Source of the DNA: a virus
IMG/VR virus record: IMGVR_UViG_3300042882_000899
Span: 50,961 to 114,960 of that record
Reading direction: 5' to 3' (one strand)
Length of the DNA: 64,000 nucleotides
Shown: piece after piece, positions 14,992-23,768 of the stretch
How positions within the stretch are numbered: the stretch's first letter is position 1
How the letters are laid out: each line of letters starts with the position of its first letter
The notes under the pieces: generated by a model
Database searches by the model: none
What the model saw: the letters and a program-made list of their open reading frames with translations, nothing else
What the model was told of the DNA's origin: nothing
Made by a program: the position numbers and the translations under genes

Positions 14992-17895
14992 ATGGCAACA
15001 GTAAGATTGCAGTTAAGAAGAGGCACAGCTTCACAATGGACCTCAGCAAATCCAATTTTGGCAGCAGGAGAGCTTGGAGTTGAGTCAGATACTAACCTCT
15101 TTAAGTTTGGTAACGGTTCAACAACTTGGACAGCTCTAGCTTATGCAAATAACTCAGATGTAGCGATTGGTGAAATCTCCCAAGACGCAATTAATAATGC
15201 CCTATCTATGGGCGCAGGTCTTTCAAAGACGTATGATGACGGCGCAAATACAATTACAATTACAGTAGATTCAACAATTGCAACAAAAACATACGCAGAT
15301 GATGCTGTTACAGCACATCAAAATGATACAACATCTGTACACGGAATAACTAACACAGAAGATATTGTGTACTTGACAGGCGCTCAAACCCTTAGCGGAA
15401 AAACACTTTCTAACGTTGTATTGAGTGGAACACCTACAGCTCCTACTCAAGCTGCAAACGATAACTCTACTAAAATTGCAACAACAGAATATGTGCAAAC
15501 AGAGCTTGCTGATCTTATAGGCACAGCCCCAGCTTTGCTAGATACACTTGGCGAATTGTCAGACGCACTTAACGATAATGAAAACTATGCAGCAGCAATG
15601 ACATCAACAATCACAGGTATCAACAACAGCTTGGCAACTAAATTACCTACAACAGATTTTACCGCACACCTTACTGATACAACAGATGTCCATGGAATTT
15701 CAGACACAGCAAATCTAGTTTATACATCTGACTCAAGACTTTCAGATAACAGAACTCCAGTAAATGGATCTGTAGTAGCAGCATCAATGGCAACAGATTC
15801 AATAACAACACAAAGCATTACAGATGCCGCCGTAACAGGACAAAAAATTGCAGACGATGCAGTAACTGCAGCTAAAATTGCTGCTTCAGCAGTTGGAACT
15901 TCAGAGATTGCAGACGATGCAGTAACTGCAGATAAGATTGCCACAGGGTCAGTTGGTTCTTCAGAGATTGCATCAAATGCTGTCGGTTCAGACCACATTG
16001 CAGCATCTGCAGTTGGAACTTCAGAGATTGCAGACGATGCAGTAACTGCAGATAAAATTGCTGCCTCAGCAGTTGGAACTTCAGAGATTGCAGATTATGC
16101 AGTAACTGCAACTAAGATTGCCACAGGGTCAGTTGGTTCTTCAGAGATTGCATCAAATGCTGTCGGTTCAGACCACATTGCAGCATCTGCAGTTGGAACT
16201 TCAGAGATTGCAGACCTAAATATTACAACAGCAAAGATTAACGATTCAGCAGTTACAGAAGGCAAAATTGCAGGACTGGCAGTTACAGAAGGCAAAATTG
16301 CAGATGGCTCAGTATCTACTGTTAAAATTGCAGATTCTGCAGTAACTTCAGGGAAAATTGCAAACGGAACAATTGTTGATGCAGACATAAATGCAACAGC
16401 AGCAATTGCAATAACAAAAATTGACGGGCTTGGAACATCACTTGATTCTAAGTTAGCTTCATCAACTGCAGCTTCAACATACGCTCCAATTGCTAGCCCA
16501 ACATTTACTGGAACAGTTTCTGGTGTTACTAAATCTCACGTAGGTCTTGGAAATGTTGATAACACAGCAGATGCAGATAAGCCAGTTTCAACAGCTACAC
16601 AAACTGCACTTGATCTAAAGTCACCACTTGCTTCACCAACATTTACGGGTACTGTAACAACAGGACATGTTCTACCAGCAACAGACATTACATTTGACTT
16701 AGGCTCCCCTACTAAAATGTGGAGAGATATTTATGTCGGACCAGGATCCCTGTACGTTAACGGACAAAAAGTTCTTCAAACTGACGCAGGTGACGTTGTC
16801 ATTACTGCCGACGCTAATGAAAACTTGGCATTAAGAACTAGCGGAAGTGGTAACATTGAACTAGATCCAACAGGTGCTGGTACTGTAAGTATAAAAGGAC
16901 CAATGGTTATTGAGGCATCAGCTAACATAACAAGCGCAGATGGCAACGGAATTAACTTTGGAAGCACAGTTAATGTTGATGCCATTACAAGCAAAACCTT
17001 AAATACAGACTTATCGCTATCAGGAAATGGTACAGGAAAAGTTTACCTTAATGATAACGCAGAAGTAAATGGAAACCTTGTTGTTGGTGGAAACCTAACA
17101 GTAAGCGGAACAACTACAACTGTTAACAGCGAAACAATTTCTTTAGCTGACAACATTATTGACTTAAACAGCAACTTTACTACTGGAACTCCAACAGAGA
17201 ATGCAGGAATAAAAATTAAGCGTGGAGATTCTTCTGATGTTCAAATACGTTGGAATGAATCTACTGATAAGTGGGAGTTTACAAATGACGGAACAAACTA
17301 TTATTCAGTAGCAGGTCTTGAATCACCAACATTTACAGGTACTGTATCTGGTGTTACAAAGACAATGGTAGGTCTTGGAAATGTTGATAACACAGCAGAC
17401 ACAGCCAAGCCAGTTTCAACAGCTACACAAACTGCACTTGATGCAAAACTTGCTTCTGCAACAGCAGCAACAACTTATGCGCCAATTGCTTCACCAACTT
17501 TTACTGGAACAGTAACAGTTGCTGCAGCAGGAGTGGCATTTACAGATAAGACACAGACAAAGGCTGGCGTACCATCACTTACAACAATTGGAACAACTGT
17601 TTCGTCAAACACTACACTTGATCTACTTGGAACAGACGCAGCAGTTCGGGATTCATTAATTCCACTGTCTGGTGCAGTAAATATTAACTTTGAAGCAACA
17701 GGAAATGCAAAGTATTCAATCGGCTCTTCAATAAGCTTCTATCAGTCTTCAAGTACTGGTGCAAATATAACTGGAACTGGTGGAATAACAGTTCTTTCAA
17801 CTCCAGGCGCAACATTAAGAGCACTAAATTCATCAGTAACAGCAACAAAAATTGCAGCTACAACCTGGTTGTTAGCTGGAGACTTGAAGGCATAA
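14992..17895 (+). CDS. Long fibre protein with Mtd-N / hyaluronidase-N-type N-terminal domain
   Basis: QLRRGTASQWTSANPILAAGELGVESDT...GNGSTTW; 10-aa repeats (VTADKIADDA); VGLGNVDNT repeats; SPTFTGTV repeats. Confidence 0.8.
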   Translation: MATVRLQLRRGTASQWTSANPILAAGELGVESDTNLFKFGNGSTTWTALAYANNSDVAIGEISQDAINNALSMGAGLSKTYDDGANTITITVDSTIATKTYADDAVTAHQNDTTSVHGITNTEDIVYLTGAQTLSGKTLSNVVLSGTPTAPTQAANDNSTKIATTEYVQTELADLIGTAPALLDTLGELSDALNDNENYAAAMTSTITGINNSLATKLPTTDFTAHLTDTTDVHGISDTANLVYTSDSRLSDNRTPVNGSVVAASMATDSITTQSITDAAVTGQKIADDAVTAAKIAASAVGTSEIADDAVTADKIATGSVGSSEIASNAVGSDHIAASAVGTSEIADDAVTADKIAASAVGTSEIADYAVTATKIATGSVGSSEIASNAVGSDHIAASAVGTSEIADLNITTAKINDSAVTEGKIAGLAVTEGKIADGSVSTVKIADSAVTSGKIANGTIVDADINATAAIAITKIDGLGTSLDSKLASSTAASTYAPIASPTFTGTVSGVTKSHVGLGNVDNTADADKPVSTATQTALDLKSPLASPTFTGTVTTGHVLPATDITFDLGSPTKMWRDIYVGPGSLYVNGQKVLQTDAGDVVITADANENLALRTSGSGNIELDPTGAGTVSIKGPMVIEASANITSADGNGINFGSTVNVDAITSKTLNTDLSLSGNGTGKVYLNDNAEVNGNLVVGGNLTVSGTTTTVNSETISLADNIIDLNSNFTTGTPTENAGIKIKRGDSSDVQIRWNESTDKWEFTNDGTNYYSVAGLESPTFTGTVSGVTKTMVGLGNVDNTADTAKPVSTATQTALDAKLASATAATTYAPIASPTFTGTVTVAAAGVAFTDKTQTKAGVPSLTTIGTTVSSNTTLDLLGTDAAVRDSLIPLSGAVNINFEATGNAKYSIGSSISFYQSSSTGANITGTGGITVLSTPGATLRALNSSVTATKIAATTWLLAGDLKA
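15850..16220 (+). repeat. 30-nt (10-aa) imperfect repeats with larger duplications
   Basis: TCAGAGATTGCA recurs at a 60-nt period (15901, 15961, 16021, 16081, 16141, 16201). Confidence 0.85.
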
Positions 17896-17917
17896 TTAAG
17901 GGAAATAGGAGAATAAA

Positions 17918-18814
17918 ATGTCAAAAAATATAGGAAGAAGATCTTCCGCACAAGATAACTTTATTGGACCAAATCCAGTAACAAATGTTACAGCATCAGA
18001 CTACTTAAATGGAGCTAATAACCAAAGAGCTTTTAATGATGGTGCAATTAGCGTTTCATGGTCAGCTCCAGTAGGAGGTAATACTCCTACTGGCTACAAG
18101 GTATATGAAGCTGGTGTTCTAAAAGCAACAGTCCCATTTGGAACAAACACAGCTTTGATAACTGGGTTAGGTTCAAATACATCTCACACATATTCAGTTT
18201 CATCTTATGACTCCTATTTAGACAATTCATCAAATGCAGTTGCGGCAAATGCAGCAACTGCTACAACAGTTCCAGGCACACCAGCCAACCCAACAGCAAC
18301 AGCTGGTGTTGATTTAGACACAATTGCGTGGGTTGTTCCAGCAAATGGTGGAAAAGTCATTATCGATATTTATATTGAATCGAATGAGCCAACGCCAAAA
18401 AATAAAACTGTTACAACAGATGCCAATGGAAGCACAACTATTGCAAATGAAGCAAATACAGCACAGGCCTACAAGGTAAGAGCAAGAAATGCTAACGGTT
18501 CAGGAGCCTTTTCAGGATTCTCTAATACTGTTACTACTCAAGCACCTTCATTCTTTAGCCCACCGTTCTTCCCACCTGGCTTCTTTAGCCCACCGTTCTT
18601 CCCACCTGGCTTCTTTAGCCCACCGTTCTTCCCACCTGGCTTCTTTAGCCCACCGTTCTTCCCACCAGTATTCTTTAGCCCACCATTCTTTCCACCTGGC
18701 TTCTTTAGCCCACCGTTCTTCCCACCTGGCTTCTTTAGCCCACCGTTCTTCCCACCTGGCTTCTTTAGCCCACCAGGATTTGGTGGCGGAGGCTGGAACT
18801 TGAGAGCTTACTAA
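17918..18814 (+). CDS. Fibronectin type III domain protein with C-terminal Pro/Phe tandem repeat
   Basis: Two Fn3-like domains (VSWSAP..GG..PTGYKV; PANGG...YKVRARNANGSGAFS), then (FFSPPFFPPG)7 and FGGGGWNLRAY. Confidence 0.8.
   Translation: MSKNIGRRSSAQDNFIGPNPVTNVTASDYLNGANNQRAFNDGAISVSWSAPVGGNTPTGYKVYEAGVLKATVPFGTNTALITGLGSNTSHTYSVSSYDSYLDNSSNAVAANAATATTVPGTPANPTATAGVDLDTIAWVVPANGGKVIIDIYIESNEPTPKNKTVTTDANGSTTIANEANTAQAYKVRARNANGSGAFSGFSNTVTTQAPSFFSPPFFPPGFFSPPFFPPGFFSPPFFPPGFFSPPFFPPVFFSPPFFPPGFFSPPFFPPGFFSPPFFPPGFFSPPGFGGGGWNLRAY
18551..18774 (+). repeat. 30-nt tandem repeat x7.5 (TTCTTTAGCCCACCGTTCTTCCCACCTGGC)
   Basis: Read directly; near-identical units, no spacers. Confidence 0.95.
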
Positions 18815-18844
18815 TATGAAAAAAACTATAAATGAGGTATATCT

Positions 18845-19249
18845 ATGAGTAAAAATTATGCAATCTTGTCTTTAGGTAAAGTTATTGATAAGATAGAAGT
18901 AGAAAACGTAGAAGAAGATGCAAATAGAGTAGACAGATTTTCTGAAATATTCAACTCTAATTTCTTCTGCAAGGATATAACTGATCACAAGAAAGTAAAG
19001 CTAAACTCAATATGGGATGGCCAAGCATTTTCTGAATCGGATGAGGAAAGAAAAGAGGTTGCACCATATTCAGTAGCCTTTGTTTCTGACAATATAATCA
19101 AAGCAGTTGTTAGAGTGTATACAGCAAAAAGGTATAACCTCTATAAAGAAGCAGAGGTCAATGGGGTTTCTGCAATTGATGTTACCGACATGGATGTTAC
19201 AGCTATAAAAACTGGAATGTCATGGGACGGTACCTCTTTTACAGAATAG
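18845..19249 (+). CDS. Hypothetical protein with duplicated WDGxxF domain (possible fibre-assembly chaperone/adaptor)
   Basis: Two similar halves ending IWDGQAFSE and SWDGTSFTE. Confidence 0.6.
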   Translation: MSKNYAILSLGKVIDKIEVENVEEDANRVDRFSEIFNSNFFCKDITDHKKVKLNSIWDGQAFSESDEERKEVAPYSVAFVSDNIIKAVVRVYTAKRYNLYKEAEVNGVSAIDVTDMDVTAIKTGMSWDGTSFTE

Positions 19250-19261
19250 GAAGTCCTAACA

Positions 19262-19957
19262 TTGAGTAAAGATATTTTAAAGCATGAAATATCTCCTGGT
19301 CTATGGGTTTATAAAAATCAAATAGATAAAAGCATTATTGATGACGTCGAAGGCTTTTTGTCTCAGTACGAAGAAGACTTTGAGTGGCGTGAAGCTACTG
19401 TTGGATATGATGTAAAAGTTCCTTCGTATAGAGACTGCGTAGATTTTAAAATACAAAAACATGAAATGCCAAATATGCCAAAAAGCAGAAAAGATCTAAA
19501 TGATATTTGGCAAAAAGCATACGATATGCAAATTGATGCTGTTAAAGATTACTGCAAGGTTTACAATATTGACATGCAGTATTGGGAAGCCATGAACTTT
19601 ATTAAGTATGGCGAAGGCCAGCATTTCCAAGAGCACTCAGATCATGGATTCTCATACATAGCAACAGTTTCATTAGTGTCTTATCCAAATGATAACTACG
19701 AAGGCGGGGAGCTATATTTCCCTAAACTTAACTTAACAATAACTCCAGAGGCTGGAGATATTGTTATATTCCCATCAACATATTTATTCTCACACAGAGC
19801 AATGCCAGTTAAATCAGGAGTCAAGTATTCAATCGTAACAATGCTGGACTATAATGATAATACACATAACCAAGAGTTTGATATTCTTAGAATGAAAAGG
19901 ACTAATTCTGCTTCTGCAAGAGAAAGTGCAAAAAGTGGAAATAATAAAAGCCTATAA
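19262..19957 (+). CDS. Prolyl 4-hydroxylase-like 2OG-Fe(II) oxygenase
   Basis: KYGEGQHFQEHSD, YEGGELYFP, HRAMPVKSGVKYS. Confidence 0.9.
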   Translation: MSKDILKHEISPGLWVYKNQIDKSIIDDVEGFLSQYEEDFEWREATVGYDVKVPSYRDCVDFKIQKHEMPNMPKSRKDLNDIWQKAYDMQIDAVKDYCKVYNIDMQYWEAMNFIKYGEGQHFQEHSDHGFSYIATVSLVSYPNDNYEGGELYFPKLNLTITPEAGDIVIFPSTYLFSHRAMPVKSGVKYSIVTMLDYNDNTHNQEFDILRMKRTNSASARESAKSGNNKSL

Positions 19958-20651
19958 AACTAAAGAAGGATATTCTGAGCTAAACACACTGCCAGTAAAA
20001 AGAGACTGGATGGATGCAACTTGGCAAAAGCATGCCTACCATTGTTTCCCAGTAACTTTAACAAATACAATGGGGTGGTACTTAAGTTTTCCAGAAGATA
20101 TAACATTTATTTGGGACGGAGTTTCAAATTTTGATCCTTCTCATGTAAAGATATTATCTGGAGAAAAGTATGCGTATTCTGGTAGAGCAAATGGAACAAT
20201 AAGCTTTAATACAGGCATAAAGTTTAAAACTGAAAAAGATGTAACTCTATTAACTATGCCAGCACCTAATTTTTTTATTGATGGTGCTTCATGTTTTACA
20301 ACATTAATTAGCACATCATTTTTTAGAGCTGACTTGCCAGTAGCATGGATGATTACTTCTCCTAATAAAAAAATTACTATTCCTGCAGGCCACCCCATAT
20401 GCTCAATAATTCCAGTAAAATTAAATGATCTTAATAATTCTGAGATTAGAATTGAAAAAGAGCCAGAGGATGAAGTAGTTTCTCAAAAAGAGTTATACGA
20501 ATATTCTATGGCAATTAATGAGATAAATAAAAAATTTAGTTGGTCTGATTTTTACAGAAATGGGATTGACCACAAAGGCAACGATCTTGGCCAACATGAT
20601 GTAAAGTCTTTAAAGCTAAAAGTCATACAGGAATCTCCTGGTGATATTTAA
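19926..20651 (+). CDS. DUF6065-like protein
   Basis: RDWMD...HAYHCFPV..TN.MGW motif recalled for this family; embedded among oxygenase genes. Confidence 0.6.
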   Translation: MQKVEIIKAYKTKEGYSELNTLPVKRDWMDATWQKHAYHCFPVTLTNTMGWYLSFPEDITFIWDGVSNFDPSHVKILSGEKYAYSGRANGTISFNTGIKFKTEKDVTLLTMPAPNFFIDGASCFTTLISTSFFRADLPVAWMITSPNKKITIPAGHPICSIIPVKLNDLNNSEIRIEKEPEDEVVSQKELYEYSMAINEINKKFSWSDFYRNGIDHKGNDLGQHDVKSLKLKVIQESPGDI

Positions 20652-20675
20652 TATGAAATATGGTATATTATAGAT

Positions 20676-21422
20676 ATGGAAATAGTTAATAAAGGAATTA
20701 TGGGCGGAGGAAGAGCCCCTATATCAATAACGCCATCTGGATTCTTTGGCGACTCAATTGATAATATTGTTGAGCTGGAAAATTTTATAACGGAAGAAGA
20801 GCAGCAGAGACTTATTAATTTTGCACTAACTAATAAAATCTGGGATAAAACTGAGACTCATGTCGATGAAGACGGTCTCGTCCTTTATGACGCAAATATT
20901 TGGGAAGATAGAGTTTGCACTGCAGACTCATTAAAAAGATCTGACCCAGGAATAATTGATTTGTTATGGGATATGATTGATAGACTAAAAGTAGAAGTTG
21001 ATAAATTTTTTGATGTTAATGTTCAAGCCACTGGGCCAGCAATTGTTAGGTGGCCAGTTGGAGCAAGACAAGAACCTCACGCAGACAAAGAGTTTCATAC
21101 TGGAGAAGAAGAAGGAAGACCAAATGATTTTCCTTATTATGACATAGCTGGACTATTTTATTTTGACGATAATTATGAAGGTGGAGAGCTATATTTTCCA
21201 AGACATGGTATTGAATTTAAGCCAAAGCCTAGGGCAGCTTATTTTTTCCCAGGAGATAAATATTATGCTCATGGCGTTAGACCAGTAAAGTCTGGAAATA
21301 GATTCACTGCCCCATTTTTTTGGACGATTGTAAAGCATACTGGAGAAAAACAACCTCCGCAAGATTATTCAGATCAGTTTAAGTCGCCATCATGGCAAAA
21401 GCTTTATGGAGATAGGGGTTAA
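20676..21422 (+). CDS. 2OG-Fe(II) oxygenase
   Basis: QEPHADK, YEGGELYFP, HGVRPVKSGNRFT; ATG 6 nt after TGGTATATT. Confidence 0.9.
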   Translation: MEIVNKGIMGGGRAPISITPSGFFGDSIDNIVELENFITEEEQQRLINFALTNKIWDKTETHVDEDGLVLYDANIWEDRVCTADSLKRSDPGIIDLLWDMIDRLKVEVDKFFDVNVQATGPAIVRWPVGARQEPHADKEFHTGEEEGRPNDFPYYDIAGLFYFDDNYEGGELYFPRHGIEFKPKPRAAYFFPGDKYYAHGVRPVKSGNRFTAPFFWTIVKHTGEKQPPQDYSDQFKSPSWQKLYGDRG

Positions 21423-21425
21423 AAA

Positions 21426-22271
21426 ATGCATAGTTTAAATATAGTTGACGATATAGATTCTTTAGACTGGACAGAGTTGCTTCCAGGTGTAATACTTTAT
21501 AGAGGAATGTTAAAGGATCCAGACCTCGCATATAATATAATGATGCGCTCAGAATCTTCAGAAGAAAGTAATTTTTTTCAACAATGGACACCATGGGCTC
21601 AATACGGAACTTACACACAGGCTAAAGAACAGCCTATGATTGAGTTAGCAGAAAAAAATGAAATTTTTAATGAAGAAAAAGCACTATATGAAGAAATTGC
21701 AAATTCTTACGATAAGGCAATATCGCATTATTTTAAACATACTGGAATTGAAATTCCAGAAGGCGCAAGGTATAGCGGACAGTCTTGGTGTAAGTATTTC
21801 AACTTGATTGACACATTAAAAAATAAAATGACAATGCAGTATCATACTGATTTTATTATTTCTCAAAAAGATATGCCTGGGGAAAAATTCCATACAACCT
21901 GCACTTTTTATATTAATGACAACTATAATGGTGGCGATATAGAGTTTTTTGTAGACGGTAAGTTTGTAAACCATAAACCATCTGCTGGAGACCTGCTAGT
22001 ATTCCCATCAGGAGAACCTTTTTATCATGGGGTAAAAACAATACCAGATGGCAATAAGTTCTTTATCAGAAACTTTGTAATGTTTGATTATGATGGCTCT
22101 AAAGAGTGGCTAGCAAATCAAAAGAGATATGGCGCATATAAGTGGGCAAAGCAAGAAATTGAAAGAATTGCAAATGACGATCCAAGAAATATGATCTATA
22201 TAAGAGATAACGAAGTTATATCTTATGAAGAAATTATGGACATAAAGATTGACGGGGGAATATACAATTGA
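21426..22271 (+). CDS. 2OG-Fe(II) oxygenase (P4H-like)
   Basis: HTD, YINDNYNGGDIEF, HGVKTIPDGNKFF. Confidence 0.88.
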   Translation: MHSLNIVDDIDSLDWTELLPGVILYRGMLKDPDLAYNIMMRSESSEESNFFQQWTPWAQYGTYTQAKEQPMIELAEKNEIFNEEKALYEEIANSYDKAISHYFKHTGIEIPEGARYSGQSWCKYFNLIDTLKNKMTMQYHTDFIISQKDMPGEKFHTTCTFYINDNYNGGDIEFFVDGKFVNHKPSAGDLLVFPSGEPFYHGVKTIPDGNKFFIRNFVMFDYDGSKEWLANQKRYGAYKWAKQEIERIANDDPRNMIYIRDNEVISYEEIMDIKIDGGIYN

Positions 22272-23047
22272 ACCTAATTAAAGTTAGAGACAATGAGCAC
22301 CCAGTATATTTATACGAAGAGTTTTTGACTAAAGAGGAGTGCGCTGGAATTATTAAGATGTTTAATAATCTTATAGCCAGCGGAGATTTTGAATGGCACC
22401 CAATCTCTTTTTATGAGTCATATGCTTATAACATGCCTAACCAGTTAACAGATGACAAGAATAAGCTATCTCAATGGTATGCAGATGCTGGTCTGCCAGA
22501 CAATTTCCTGGACGATCTAGAGGAAAAGTTTAAAAATGCAGCTCGTGAAATCATAGGGGGGGAAGCATATAAAATAAGTTTTCATAGTCAAAAATGGATA
22601 CCTGGAGCTTATGCAGCTTTTCATTCAGATAACAGCTATGACGGTAAGCCAAGCGCATTTGAAAGAAGTAGATACGCAGGATTCCTTTATTTAAACGATG
22701 ACTTTGACGGCGGTGAGCTTAATTTTAAAAACTTTGATTTGAGCGTTAAGCCAAAAACAGGAATGTTTGCTATTTTTGATGGAGGTCATGAGAATACCCA
22801 TGAGGTTACTCCAGTATTTAAAAGCGACAGATACACTGTCGGATCATTCTGGGATGATCGGTCAGAGGAAGATTACCCACAAGAAACTAGAGACAGATGG
22901 GCAGAAGAAATTGAAGAGACTAGAAAAAAGCAAAAAGTAGAGCAAGAAGAGTGGAAAGAAATACGAGATAGCGGAAAAAGAAGAACACCAGATGGCAGAG
23001 AATACGATGCAGTCTTAGCAGAAAGCGGAGAAGTCGATGGAGATTAA
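22268..23047 (+). CDS. 2OG-Fe(II) oxygenase
   Basis: HSDN, YLNDDFDGGELNF, HEVTPVFKSDRYT. Confidence 0.9.
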   Translation: MNLIKVRDNEHPVYLYEEFLTKEECAGIIKMFNNLIASGDFEWHPISFYESYAYNMPNQLTDDKNKLSQWYADAGLPDNFLDDLEEKFKNAAREIIGGEAYKISFHSQKWIPGAYAAFHSDNSYDGKPSAFERSRYAGFLYLNDDFDGGELNFKNFDLSVKPKTGMFAIFDGGHENTHEVTPVFKSDRYTVGSFWDDRSEEDYPQETRDRWAEEIEETRKKQKVEQEEWKEIRDSGKRRTPDGREYDAVLAESGEVDGD

Positions 23048-23729
23048 AGAAGTTCAACCAAGATCAATGTACACAATGTTTGATATTGTTTACCACGATA
23101 GAGGGATTGTGTATTTTGAAAATGTTATTAGCTATCCTCAAAAGCTTTTAGATACGATTGAAGATCTTGATGCAAATCCAAAATCTCATGCTGGAATACC
23201 TAAATGGAATGCTTGGGGAGCAAGCAACGATGAAAAATATGGTTATGGAATTCAAAAGTTTATAGACACATCAAAAAGGTATTTGAACTCGGATGACGAT
23301 TTTCTAAACAAGCAAGTACTTTATGTTGTAAACAGCTTAATTATGGCACCAGAAATGTGTGCAAAAAGATATGCCGAAATTATGCGTAGAGATGCATCTA
23401 ATATTCAAAAGATAGACAGTACGCCAGAACAGGTTAAAATGGGGCTAGACTATATTAAGGTAGCAAAGTACGATACAGGCAAGGGGATGGGGCCACACTG
23501 CGATGCAGAAGATCCATCTGGTACTGGCGAAAATCTGAAGTACTCCCTTGTTTGCTACCTTAATGATGACTACGAAGGTGGAGAAATTTACTTTAAAAAC
23601 CAAGATATTAAGATTAAGCCAAAGGCTGGAAGCTTGGTATTATTCCCTTCAGTTCACCCGTACCTACATGAATCTTTACCTGTTACAAAAGGTAACAAGA
23701 TTATGTTTACGACTCACTGGATGGTTTAG
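23037..23729 (+). CDS. 2OG-Fe(II) oxygenase (P4H-like)
   Basis: MGPHCD, YLNDDYEGGEIYF, HESLPVTKGNK. Confidence 0.9.
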   Translation: MEIKEVQPRSMYTMFDIVYHDRGIVYFENVISYPQKLLDTIEDLDANPKSHAGIPKWNAWGASNDEKYGYGIQKFIDTSKRYLNSDDDFLNKQVLYVVNSLIMAPEMCAKRYAEIMRRDASNIQKIDSTPEQVKMGLDYIKVAKYDTGKGMGPHCDAEDPSGTGENLKYSLVCYLNDDYEGGEIYFKNQDIKIKPKAGSLVLFPSVHPYLHESLPVTKGNKIMFTTHWMV

Positions 23730-23768
23730 TCGATATCCAATAAGATGGGTATCTGATATAATTTAAAT

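Noticed and set aside
14992-15150. Diversity-generating retroelement suggested by the Mtd-N-like domain
   Set aside because: Only the N-terminal attachment domain is similar; no reverse transcriptase or TR/VR pair with A-specific mismatches was seen in the window
18551-18774. 30-nt repeats as a CRISPR array
   Set aside because: Units are directly adjacent with no unique spacers, lie in frame in a coding region, and no cas genes are present
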